Position numbers and translations under genes: made by a program
Notes under the pieces: model-generated
Told to the model about the DNA's origin: nothing
The model's input: the letters and a program-made list of their open reading frames with translations, nothing else
Database searches by the model: none
Part shown: positions 22,875 to 32,411 of the stretch, one piece after another
Position numbering within the stretch: the stretch's first letter is position 1
Layout of the letters: the number at the start of each line of letters is the position of its first letter
Assembly (NCBI GenBank): GCA_904063045.1
Contig: CAJFCJ010000132.1
Location: 33,320-73,632, forward strand
DNA length: 40,313 nucleotides
Source of the DNA: Dimorphilus gyrociliatus
Taxonomy: Eukaryota > Animalia > Annelida
Direction of reading: 5' to 3'

Positions 22875-24204
22875 TGGCTAGTCTTAATCTGCTACCATGT
22901 ACAAACTTACATGTATTATCATCCATTTGTATTTCATATATCCACTTTTGATGATTGACTTTTGTTATTTGGTATGGGCCTAACCATTTTAAAGAAGGCA
23001 TTTTTGTTATTGCAATTCTTGCACCATCATTTCTTAAGAATATTTCATCATCAACCTCAAAATATTTTGGAAGATTGAGATTTCTATTCTTTCTTTCCCT
23101 ATATTGTTCTTTTGCCATGATGGATTTACAGAAGGCTGTAGCTCTTAACTGTACCAATTGCTGCTGGTGATTGAATACAAATAGTATGTTTGTTTCAGGA
23201 GAGGTAGTATGCATTGTTACATCAATCAGTGTTCTTGTGCTGGTGCCAAAAAGAAGTTCCTGTGGTGGTAGTCTTGTACTTCCTACAGGTGATTGATTCA
23301 GAAATGCTTGAATCAAGGGTAGGTTTGCAACCCAGTTATGCTGATTTTCTTCCACCACTAATTTATTGATTTCCTTCCTCTCTTCTCTATTTCTTCTTTC
23401 AACTAGTCCATTGCTCTGGCTTCTATAAGCTGTTGTTTGGATTTTCTCAATACCTAATACCTCCATAAACTCTTTAAAAGCTCTACCAACAGAGTTTCTT
23501 CCTTGATCTGTCAACATTTGTTTTGGAATTCCAAAAATGGGAAAAAATCTGTTGAAAAGACGATTTGCAATTTCTTTACTGGTTTGCTGTTTGAGTGCAT
23601 TTAAAACTGTGTATCTACTGAAATGATCCACTATCACAAGTATGAATCTGTATGACTTAACCATGGGTAAGGGTCCAATTATATCCATGGCCACCAACTC
23701 CATTGGTGATGCAGGGTGAAAGGTTTCTACCAAAGGGTATACTCTACTCCTACCATTCATTTGTTCACACAAAGTGCAATCCTTTATTGAATTCTCAATC
23801 ATAATATTTAATTTTGGGTGCCCAAAGGTCTTTGTAATTATTTGTAATGTCATTCTGGGTCCATGGTGATTGTGAATTTTATTTTTATGGAATTTAGGGA
23901 GCAGAGTTAGCATCAAATGGTCAGGTAAAACCAGAATGTTTCTTTTTTCAAGGATAATCCAGATCATTTCCATGTGAACAAACATCTCCATTATGAAAGG
24001 TGTAAAAGTTCCAAAATAAGGAATAGGTAGCTGACCATCCAGTGTTAAATATTCTTTAATTGATTTCAAATTCACATCTTTTTCTTGCTCTGACAGTAAG
24101 TCAACAGAAGACAAATCAATTTTCTCTTCACTGTTATCACTGGTAGCTACAAAAGTTAGATCTGGTGTATGTTCATACTGTTCCATTTTAACTGAAATAG
24201 AGGG
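22875..24204 (-). CDS. pol: Gypsy integrase (HHCC, DDE, GPY)
   Basis: FHKNKIHNHHG...DCTLCEQ; VAMDIIGP, LTDQGRN, GLVERRN; WLGPYQI; VHGSRLR. Confidence 0.95.
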
Positions 24205-24216
24205 AGAAGGGATCCA

Positions 24217-24277
24217 GACAGTTGACCCCCGGACAGTTGACACCCTTGAGGACAGTTGACCCCCTTTAGGACAGTTT
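24217..24277 (+). repeat. MULE left terminal subrepeat array (GACAGTTGACCCCC x3 + partial)
   Basis: Copies at 24217, 24232, 24251 and a partial copy at 24270. Confidence 0.9.
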
Positions 24278-24756
24278 ATTTATATTAACATTGTTTAGAT
24301 GTATTGTTATAATTAAGATTGTAAAAAAGTTAATTTTCAAGGAAAATTTCATATAATCAATTTATTAGTTTTTTTTTAAATTTTTTACACTGAATAAGAA
24401 AAATAAAAAAATCATTTAAAATTTTCAATTTTCAATTTCTCTCCATTTTCTAGATTGAAGAGAAATCTTCAGAGAAGAAGGCAGTAAAATTTACTTCCTT
24501 TTTAAATATCACTCAATTTGAGGTAAGTCACTTTAGTATTTATTTTTGATTTTTTGTGATTAATTAAATTGTTAATATTATATTGTATATTATATATAAA
24601 TGTAAAATGTTATAATACTGATTTTGACAACATTTTGTTGAAATTGTTGGTAAATATTGAATTTTTTCATGTTTTTCATTTGTCTACATAATCAGCATAG
24701 ATATATTCTTCATTTAAAATATTAGAAGGGAATTTTGATACATTTCTATCCAACAA

Positions 24757-26952
24757 ATGGCTTCCAAATGCTTATACTGCAAACAAATGATTTTTTCAAA
24801 CCAAATGAATAAGACATGTTGTTTATGTAAACATGTTTTTCATGAGGACTGCCTCAAAGGTCTGTATTATTGTATCCACTAATTCATATAACTCAGTTTC
24901 TAAAATAAAGGCCAACACTATTGCAATATTTGCAAAAACATAAAAACAACAACATGCCAGATTCAGTTAGCTCAAATGTCCAAGCACTTTATGGTACAAA
25001 ATGCCAATCAGCTTGTAGTAGAAAAAATACAAGTTCAATCTGAATTGAAAAATGAAAAGAAGCTAGAAAATGGTAATGAACTGGAAAATGGCAATGAACT
25101 GGAAAATAGCAATGAACTGGCAAATGGCAATGAACTGGAAAATGGTAATGAACTTCAAATAAGAACAATGGACTTTAAACAAAATGAAATAACTGATATA
25201 GAATCTTCTGGAATTGAAAATTCAACTGACACCTGTTCAAATAAACAACAATTTGATAATCAAGAGGTTAGTGTTTTAGAATGACATTTAATTTATTATT
25301 GTTTAAAATTTGAAATTTAACATTTAGCTTGAGCTTTCATTTGATTTTTCACATGAAAGTTCAATAGATGCTGAAGAATCATCTGATGACAATTATGAGC
25401 CAAAGAATCTCACAAATTCTATCAATGTTTCTGATGAAAGTTCTTTTGAGGTGACACCCAGTCAATCAACAAAACAGTCAGAAAAGCAAGGCTTTGAAAT
25501 TATCAAAGAAGGATCAAGAAGAGGCAAAGATCTATTGACAAAAAATGGCTTTACTTTTGCAGTGAAGAAGAAATCTGACAGACAAACAACTTGGTGCTGT
25601 AGTAAAAGAACAGGAAAGTACAAATGTCCAGCCATTGTTCTACAAAAAGGATCACATTTTTTAGAAAAAGGGCAACATTCACATCCAAAAACAAGTGCCA
25701 ATGAAGTTGAAGCACAAATGAGAAAAGTTGTAAAAGCAGAGATTCAACAAAATTTCAATAACTCAGGAAAAAAATTGCAGAGATTACTCTTTTGAAATTT
25801 TTAGATCAAAGTAAGAAACTTCCACTTATTGAAAGCATGAGAAGAACAGCAGACAGATACAAAGGAAAATTGAGACCTAGCAATCCAGCTGATCTTTCAT
25901 TTACTTTGAACAATGATTTTGTTCCTGAAAATCTTTTAATAAAGGATATTAAAAAGGATGATGCAAGATATATCATTTTTGGTAATAATCATCAAATCGA
26001 ATTGTTGAAACAAGCAAAAATATTATTTATGGATGGAACCTTCAAAGTGATTTCAGGACCATTTCAACAGCTTTTCACAGTTCATGCTTTCATAAAGAAA
26101 AATGGAAATTATAAGCAAGTTCCTCTAGTTTATGCTTTTATGAGCCAAAGAAAGAAAAAATCTTATAAAGCTGTTTTCAAGGTAAATATATATATATATC
26201 ACATTTTCATGAATTACACTACATATATTTCAGGTGTTAGCTGATGTTTTAGATGGTCATCAACCAAAAAAAATAGTAGTTGACTTTGAGGCAGCCTTAT
26301 GGAAGGCCATTGAAGAAATGTTTCCAACAACAACGATTCAAGGATGTGTTTATCATTTTAAAAATGCAGTTTTTAAGAAAATACAAGTATTCATTATATA
26401 AATAGTCATTTGAGAAATACAAAAGTTTTTTATTTATTGAAGCATCTTGGATATGTAAAAGATTATAAAGAAAAAAATTATGGAGGTGAAATGCTTAGAA
26501 AAATAATGTGTTTACCATTCTTACCTGCTAACATCATTAAAAGACAATTCAAAACTATTAAAGGAGAACTTGTTGAGAAAAATTTATTTCTGGATTTTTT
26601 GGATTATTTTGAAAGAATCTTTATTAGAAATAATATTTGGAAAATAAATAATTGGTCAATCTACCAAGTGACCATCAGAACCAACAATGATGTAGAATGC
26701 TGGCATCATAGACTAAACAGTCACTGTGGACAAAGCATTAATTTTTACAATTTAATTTTGAAGTTAAATCATGAATCAAAGGTTGTTGCCCTTTATGAAA
26801 GGTTGTTGTCAGAGAAAAAGATATGTAGGATACAGAAAGTGAAATACAAGGAATTGCAAGGTAAAATATGTTTAGTTTGGGAAGAATTTGCAAATGCTGA
26901 TAAAACAGCTGATGATGTATTAAGAGAAATTTCCAACTTGTATTTTCCATAA
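24757..26952 (+). CDS. MULE transposase, about 658 aa: PHD finger, low-complexity linker, FLYWCH, DDE; 4 introns, one 1-nt deletion
   Basis: Exons 24757-24859, 24911-25266, 25328-26181, 26234-26386 and 26443-26952 (GT-AG introns of 51, 61, 52, 56 nt). MASKCLYC..TCCLCKHVFHEDCLKGQHYCNIC; WCCSKR..KCPA..HSHP; FMDGTF, VVDFE, GCVYH, RTNNDVECWH. One missing A in an A7 run near 25768-25774. Confidence 0.9.
25063..25152 (+). repeat. 18-bp coding tandem repeat x5 (LENGNE)
   Basis: ct(a/g)g(a/c)aaat(g/a)g(t/c)aatgaa units at 25063, 25081, 25099, 25117 and 25135. Confidence 0.95.
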
Positions 26953-27258
26953 TTTTTGAAATACAAATTTTGATGAATATGAAATTAATTATTTTAGTTT
27001 ATTTTATTATTATTAGTCTATTCTTCAAATTTCATTGTAAGATCAATGATTTATGATATGAGAGCTTGGTTTCTAAGCCATTTTTATCCAAAAATCTAAC
27101 AATTTTAAAAATGTATTTCAAACATTAATTAAAAGTAAGAGCTTATCAACTTTCAATTCTTTCAAAAAAGATGATTTTCATTGAAGTACACAATAACTTC
27201 ATGAGATTGACAGTTTTACAAGTCAAAATGCTCAACAGTCTAAGAATTAACCATCTTA

Positions 27259-27358
27259 GGGGTCAACTGTCCAGAGGGGGGTCAACTGTCCAGGGGTCAA
27301 CTGTCTGGATGGGGGTCAACTGTCCGGAAGGGGGTCAACTGTCTGGGGGTCAACTGTC
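27259..27358 (-). repeat. MULE right terminal subrepeat array (GGGGTCAACTGTC x6)
   Basis: Six copies separated by 1-5 nt spacers; reverse complement of the left array motif. Confidence 0.9.
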
Positions 27359-27370
27359 CTTTACCCTTCT

Positions 27371-29060
27371 AATCTTGTTAATGCATCTGCTCTATTTTTT
27401 CGTCCTGTCACATAGTTAATTGTAAATTTTAAATCCAATAAAGCCATGACCCATTTTGCTGTGCCAACATTCAATTTGTTTTGCTTAATGTTTGTACTAG
27501 ACTCTGATGGTCAGTATATAAAAAGAATGGCTTGTCTTGAAGGTAATGTAAAAATTTCTTTACAACCCAGTAAACACCAAATGCTTCCTTTTGATAGGCT
27601 GCATATTTCATTTGATTATTGTTGAATTGTTTTGAAGCATAGGCAATGGGTTTCATTGTTTTCTTCCCATTCTCATCTACATAAACTTGTTCAAGAACTC
27701 CTCCTACAGCTACATTCGATGCATCTGTTGTTAAGTGAAAATCTTTAGCAAAATCAGGTAGTTGTAATACAGGAGGGTTAACTACTGCATCTCTCAATTT
27801 GAAAAATGATTGCTTGGCTTCCTCAGTCCATTGCAATTTATCCTTTTTCCCATGTAGTTTCATTAACATATACAGAGGTTTAGCTACTCTTGCAAAATCT
27901 TGTATAAATTTTCTGTAATAGCCACAAAATGCAACAAAGCTTAGTAGTGAATTTGCAAACACTGGTGGCTGTAAATTATATAATTTATCTGTCTTGGACT
28001 TATCTGTTTCAATCCCCTTTTCTGATACAATGTGTCCCAAGAATTGAACTTGTTCTTTCAAAAACACACATTTACTTAGTTTAATCTTAAAATTGTACTT
28101 TTCAATCTGTTGAAGAATGGTCTCCAATGCTTCCCAATGTTGGTCCAGCAACTTGGTAAATATTATTATGTCATCAAGGTAGTTTAGGCACAAATGCTTT
28201 ACATCCTTTAGCACAAATGAATTCATTACATAACTAAAATGAGGAGGGGCATTCATTAATCCAAAAGGCATCTTAATAAATTCAAACAAGCCAAAAGGTG
28301 TAATAAATGCTGTTTTAGACCTATCTTCTTTCTTGATGTTAATGTGGTGGTATGCTCTTGTCAAATCCATTGTAGAAAAGAATTTATTTCCTCCTCCCAA
28401 ATGGTCAAAAAGATCATCTTGATTTGGCAGTGGATACTTGTTTTTAACTGTCACTTTGTTTAGTTTTCTATAATCTACACACATTCGTAGACTACCTTCC
28501 TTCTTTCTTACAAAAACAATTGATGAAGCCCAATTGCTTTTGCTTGGTTGAATAACTTTGCTTTTTACCAATTCAGCTATCTGTTGCTTACATTCTTCTT
28601 GTTTTTGAGGAGGCATTCTATATGGCCTTTGTCTATATGGTGTTGAACCTGGTTCAAGAGTTATTTCCAAGGGTGGTACCTCTGGATTGCCAATATCAAA
28701 TCTGTCTTCTGCAATAGTTTCTTTATATTTCACCAGAATTTGGGTAACTTTGTCCTTCATCTCAGGATTTTCTTGTTCAATTGTTGTCTGAAGGGTATGT
28801 ATTTGACTCTTGTTCTTTTTCATAATAAGAGGAACTGGGTAAAATCCTTTGAAAGATAAATGTTGTGTTCCAATAGGGTAATTCTTTTCTGTACCTGGCT
28901 GGAGTATAATCTGTCTCTTGCCAAAGTCAAGGGTAGCTCCATTTTGTTGTAGAAAGTCACACCCAATAATACATTGTTGTGTAATGATTTTGTTGATCAG
29001 AAAGCGTTGTTTAATAATCTTTTTGGTTTGGTCATAGGTAAAAGCCAAATTAGTGGGCAA
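27371..29060 (-). CDS. pol: Gypsy pol: protease C-half, reverse transcriptase, RNaseH
   Basis: CIIGCDFLQQNGATLDF; LRMCVDYRKLN, FSTMDLTRAYH, MPFGLMNAP, YLDDII; TTDASNVAVGGVL, KEAFGV, YTDH. After a frameshift near 27475: AKWVMALLDLKFTINYVTGRKNRADALTRLE. The catalytic DTG half of this protease was not found. Confidence 0.95.
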
Positions 29061-29289
29061 TTTCTACTACATCCCCATAAGTTTTAAATTTATGTCAATA
29101 ATTCCTATGAAAATTTGAAGCATGGTGAATAATATATATTCATACTAAAATATGAAAGCTATTTTAAGACTTCTAAAAGAACTCTAAAGCACCTAGCCTG
29201 TACTTTATGAACATCTGCTATTTTTAATGATTGTAGTTCAATTATTTTCTAAGAAGAGACAAGGTCAAGGTGGATGTTTAATCTGAAGA

Positions 29290-29700
29290 AGAAGGTAAAT
29301 GGCAGAAAAAATAGGGTTAGGTTTAGGTTAGGTTTTGTTAGGTCTTGGGGTTAGGGATTGGCACAGTCAGTACAGACTGGTAATCCCAAAAGTGCACTCA
29401 CACTTATAACCAAGATTTGGCTAAGGGTTGGTGTAGCTGAAATCAAGTGAGTAGAAAGGCCACAGTATGATCACCACCAGACAGATAATTGACAGGCTTG
29501 ATGTACCCACAGGTTGAATATAAGTGTCTTCCACTTGTGAGTTGACAAATAAAATTATCAAAATTTTCAAACTGCTCCAATCTCTATGAAATTTGGTACA
29601 GAGTTAGTCCCAATACGAACGAATCTCTGTACAAAATTTGAGCCAAATCGGCCCAACCGTTTAGGAGCTATGATGGTTTGAAAAAGACGTAGTTCCTAAG
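29290..29700. mobile_element. Possible non-autonomous (Helitron-like) element with TTAGG-rich patch and hairpin
   Basis: Degenerate ggttag repeats at about 29310-29355; 15-bp stem aaatttggtacagag (29589-29603) / ctctgtacaaaattt (29625-29639), followed by gagccaaatcggcccaaccgtttaggag. Ends not defined. Confidence 0.3.
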
Positions 29701-29703
29701 TGG

Positions 29704-30528
29704 TTGTTACACCTATTCCTGATATTCGGCAGCTGTAGCCTTAAGATCAGGTATTGTACACAACACAAATCTATTCAGATCATATGTGACTTGAACATTA
29801 TTGTGAAAGATGCTAAATGCTCAAAGCAACTATTGGCCAAGTATAAGGAGTTTATATTCTCAGTGCAGCCCATAACCCATCAGATATGTGAAATCAGCTT
29901 AAAAGATATAATATATGGCAAATGTAACACTGAACAAAATCTATTCAAGGTAAAAGATAATCCTTTGGATAGCCAGAGTAATAATGAACAGAAAATATTT
30001 ATTCATTATTCTACAAATGGATGCAAATTCAGGAAAGTTGCTGCTCAATCAATAAGATTAAAGATTTCTAATAACCTGGAAGAACCTCAATTAGACATTG
30101 AAAGACTTTCAGAACTTTTGAAATTAGGTATCAAAGAAGATGTCGGAAAAAAGGGTGTACAGCTACAGCAAGTATTGGATTATATGACAAATAAGCTTGA
30201 TCAACATTCAGATCAACTAAATTATGCAAAACAAATTGGCATTGACCCTGCAGTAACTAAATCTAGAAGATATTTTATGGCTTGGACAAAGAAACCACTA
30301 CAAACTATTATCAATTTCCTTATTCCTGCAACAACAACTGGTGCAATTGGAATGATATTGTATTGGATAAAGATGAAAGGATTACATAAAAATGTAACAC
30401 AAAGAATACTAAACAGATTCAGAAAAACAAATGACATCAAATCCATTGAGGAAGGCCAACCCTTAAGAGTTGTCAGCAGCAGGAAAGGTCAAGTTATTAT
30501 TGCCAATGTTGAACCATCAGTGGAATGA
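29704..30528 (+). CDS. env: C-terminal part of a related env-like glycoprotein (Cys-containing ectodomain end, TM, cytoplasmic tail)
   Basis: IRYCTQHKSIQIICDLNIIVKD aligns with IKQCSPIYSTEIVCDLSMIKKE at the truncated end of the minus-strand env. TM-like TIINFLIPATTTGAIGMILYWI, then a basic tail. Followed by a PPT and TGTACA. Confidence 0.7.
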   Translation: MLHLFLIFGSCSLKIRYCTQHKSIQIICDLNIIVKDAKCSKQLLAKYKEFIFSVQPITHQICEISLKDIIYGKCNTEQNLFKVKDNPLDSQSNNEQKIFIHYSTNGCKFRKVAAQSIRLKISNNLEEPQLDIERLSELLKLGIKEDVGKKGVQLQQVLDYMTNKLDQHSDQLNYAKQIGIDPAVTKSRRYFMAWTKKPLQTIINFLIPATTTGAIGMILYWIKMKGLHKNVTQRILNRFRKTNDIKSIEEGQPLRVVSSRKGQVIIANVEPSVE

Positions 30529-30534
30529 TGCTTT

Positions 30535-30548
30535 AAGGAGAGGAGAAG
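30535..30548 (+). promoter_or_regulatory. Polypurine tract of an LTR retroelement
   Basis: aaggagaggagaag, 6 nt after the env-like stop and 2 nt before TGTACA. Confidence 0.7.
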
Positions 30549-30550
30549 TC

Positions 30551-30716
30551 TGTACACTTATGAACTATAGTTTATAGATATTTTATAAATGATACTTACT
30601 ATATGATAGAAGTGTTGAAGTAGATGTTGCCTCTAGAGTAGATGGTACAGAACTGCCAGAATCAACCCCTTTTATAGGCAAAGGATAAGATGTTACATAA
30701 CAAACATGTTGACAAC
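30551..30716 (+). repeat. Start of a 3' LTR (family C), running into the gap
   Basis: Begins TGTACAC directly after the PPT; no second copy visible in the window. Confidence 0.55.
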
Positions 30717-31602
30717 NNNNNNNNNNNNNNNNNNNNNNNNNNNNNNNNNNNNNNNNNNNNNNNNNNNNNNNNNNNNNNNNNNNNNNNNNNNNNNNNNNNN
30801 NNNNNNNNNNNNNNNNNNNNNNNNNNNNNNNNNNNNNNNNNNNNNNNNNNNNNNNNNNNNNNNNNNNNNNNNNNNNNNNNNNNNNNNNNNNNNNNNNNNN
30901 NNNNNNNNNNNNNNNNNNNNNNNNNNNNNNNNNNNNNNNNNNNNNNNNNNNNNNNNNNNNNNNNNNNNNNNNNNNNNNNNNNNNNNNNNNNNNNNNNNNN
31001 NNNNNNNNNNNNNNNNNNNNNNNNNNNNNNNNNNNNNNNNNNNNNNNNNNNNNNNNNNNNNNNNNNNNNNNNNNNNNNNNNNNNNNNNNNNNNNNNNNNN
31101 NNNNNNNNNNNNNNNNNNNNNNNNNNNNNNNNNNNNNNNNNNNNNNNNNNNNNNNNNNNNNNNNNNNNNNNNNNNNNNNNNNNNNNNNNNNNNNNNNNNN
31201 NNNNNNNNNNNNNNNNNNNNNNNNNNNNNNNNNNNNNNNNNNNNNNNNNNNNNNNNNNNNNNNNNNNNNNNNNNNNNNNNNNNNNNNNNNNNNNNNNNNN
31301 NNNNNNNNNNNNNNNNNNNNNNNNNNNNNNNNNNNNNNNNNNNNNNNNNNNNNNNNNNNNNNNNNNNNNNNNNNNNNNNNNNNNNNNNNNNNNNNNNNNN
31401 NNNNNNNNNNNNNNNNNNNNNNNNNNNNNNNNNNNNNNNNNNNNNNNNNNNNNNNNNNNNNNNNNNNNNNNNNNNNNNNNNNNNNNNNNNNNNNNNNNNN
31501 NNNNNNNNNNNNNNNNNNNNNNNNNNNNNNNNNNNNNNNNNNNNNNNNNNNNNNNNNNNNNNNNNNNNNNNNNNNNNNNNNNNNNNNNNNNNNNNNNNNN
31601 NN
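30717..31602. other. Assembly gap (886 N)
   Basis: Run of n. Confidence 1.
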
Positions 31603-31869
31603 TTTCTTCTTTAGGATAATATTTAGCGTTTGCTTTTCTTTTTAAATACACATCTTTCTGTTCATATTTCTCCCTTTCTGTCTACAATATCTAATTAAAA
31701 ATTTAACATATACACACCTCTGCAACCAAACCATTCTTTGAAAAATCCATAAATAAAAAAAAGAAAAACAAGGGTGTGAATCTACCCAGGAACGTTCGGT
31801 GAGAGACAACAAGGAAAGATAAATGATAATAGATAATGACCAATTGGTAAAGGGGTTGGAAGATTAAAT

Positions 31870-32125
31870 AACCTTTTAACATGAGGGTTGAACCTAAATA
31901 ATTACTAAAGATAAATGTGACAATTTGTCAATTGTAAAGTGATGATTGGATATTAGAGGCAAACCTCAAAGTATCCAAACACTCACTAATCTTTCTAAAT
32001 CTAATTATTGTGGGAAGATCACCTGGAAACAATCTGAGATGAGATTAACCTTCTACACTCTATTGTTGGATTCTGTTTGCTAATTTGGCAACATGCTATT
32101 ATGAACTATCTACTTCGATATTAAA
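31870..32125 (+). repeat. Diverged partial copy of LTR family A
   Basis: tgtaaagtgatgattgga..agaggcaaacctcaaagtat, acctggaaacaa, taatttggcaac and gaactatctact match family A in order. Confidence 0.6.
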
Positions 32126-32411
32126 CTTAAATTAATTAAACATTATTAACAGCACAACTCAATCAAATGCTAGACAAGGGAGAAAGGTGAAGGATTTAAT
32201 TATCCAAAATCAAATGGGAAGTTGACTGATTAAGTTATACAGTACCAATACCCTATTTTTGGCCACTGCGCTTATTTCTATAATAATGAAGATTTTTTTT
32301 CTTGAACATTAATTTAACAATGCAATAATATGATATGGCAATTGTCACTTTGTAATCAATATAATCAACTAATTAAATTTTTTTTTTCACTCTTTTAATA
32401 ATAAACTTTGC

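Larger units (their letters stand above)
24205..27370 (+). mobile_element. Mutator-like (Phantom-type) DNA transposon, about 3.16 kb, with subrepeat-containing inverted termini
   Basis: Ends AGAAGGG(atcca/taaag)GACAGTTGACCCCC in inverted orientation; internal PHD-FLYWCH-DDE transposase; no TSD recognisable. Confidence 0.92.
20090..29100 (-). mobile_element. Ty3/Gypsy-type LTR retroelement with second protease and env-like gene; gag and 5' end missing, env 3'-truncated, interrupted by a MULE
   Basis: Order PR(C-half)-RT-RH-INT on one strand. RNaseH ends ADALTRLE at the MULE right edge, and the RH-INT linker resumes at the MULE left edge, so both blocks appear to be one element. Confidence 0.9.

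Noticed and set aside
24217-27358. Short regularly repeated 14-mers resembling a CRISPR array
   Set aside because: Spacers are only 1-6 nt, the arrays are inverted at the two ends of a MULE, and the context is eukaryotic with no cas genes.
24190-27385. Target-site duplication for the MULE
   Set aside because: No 7-11 bp direct repeat at either candidate boundary pair (24209/27366 or 24205/27370).
20277-30446. Antisense or overlapping ORFs (20277, 21720, 22102, 22430, 22955, 25462, 26738, 27171, 30222)
   Set aside because: Shadows of real coding frames or of repeat arrays; no independent signatures.
30662-31651. Three long ORFs of about 300 aa in the track
   Set aside because: Artefacts of translating the N gap.
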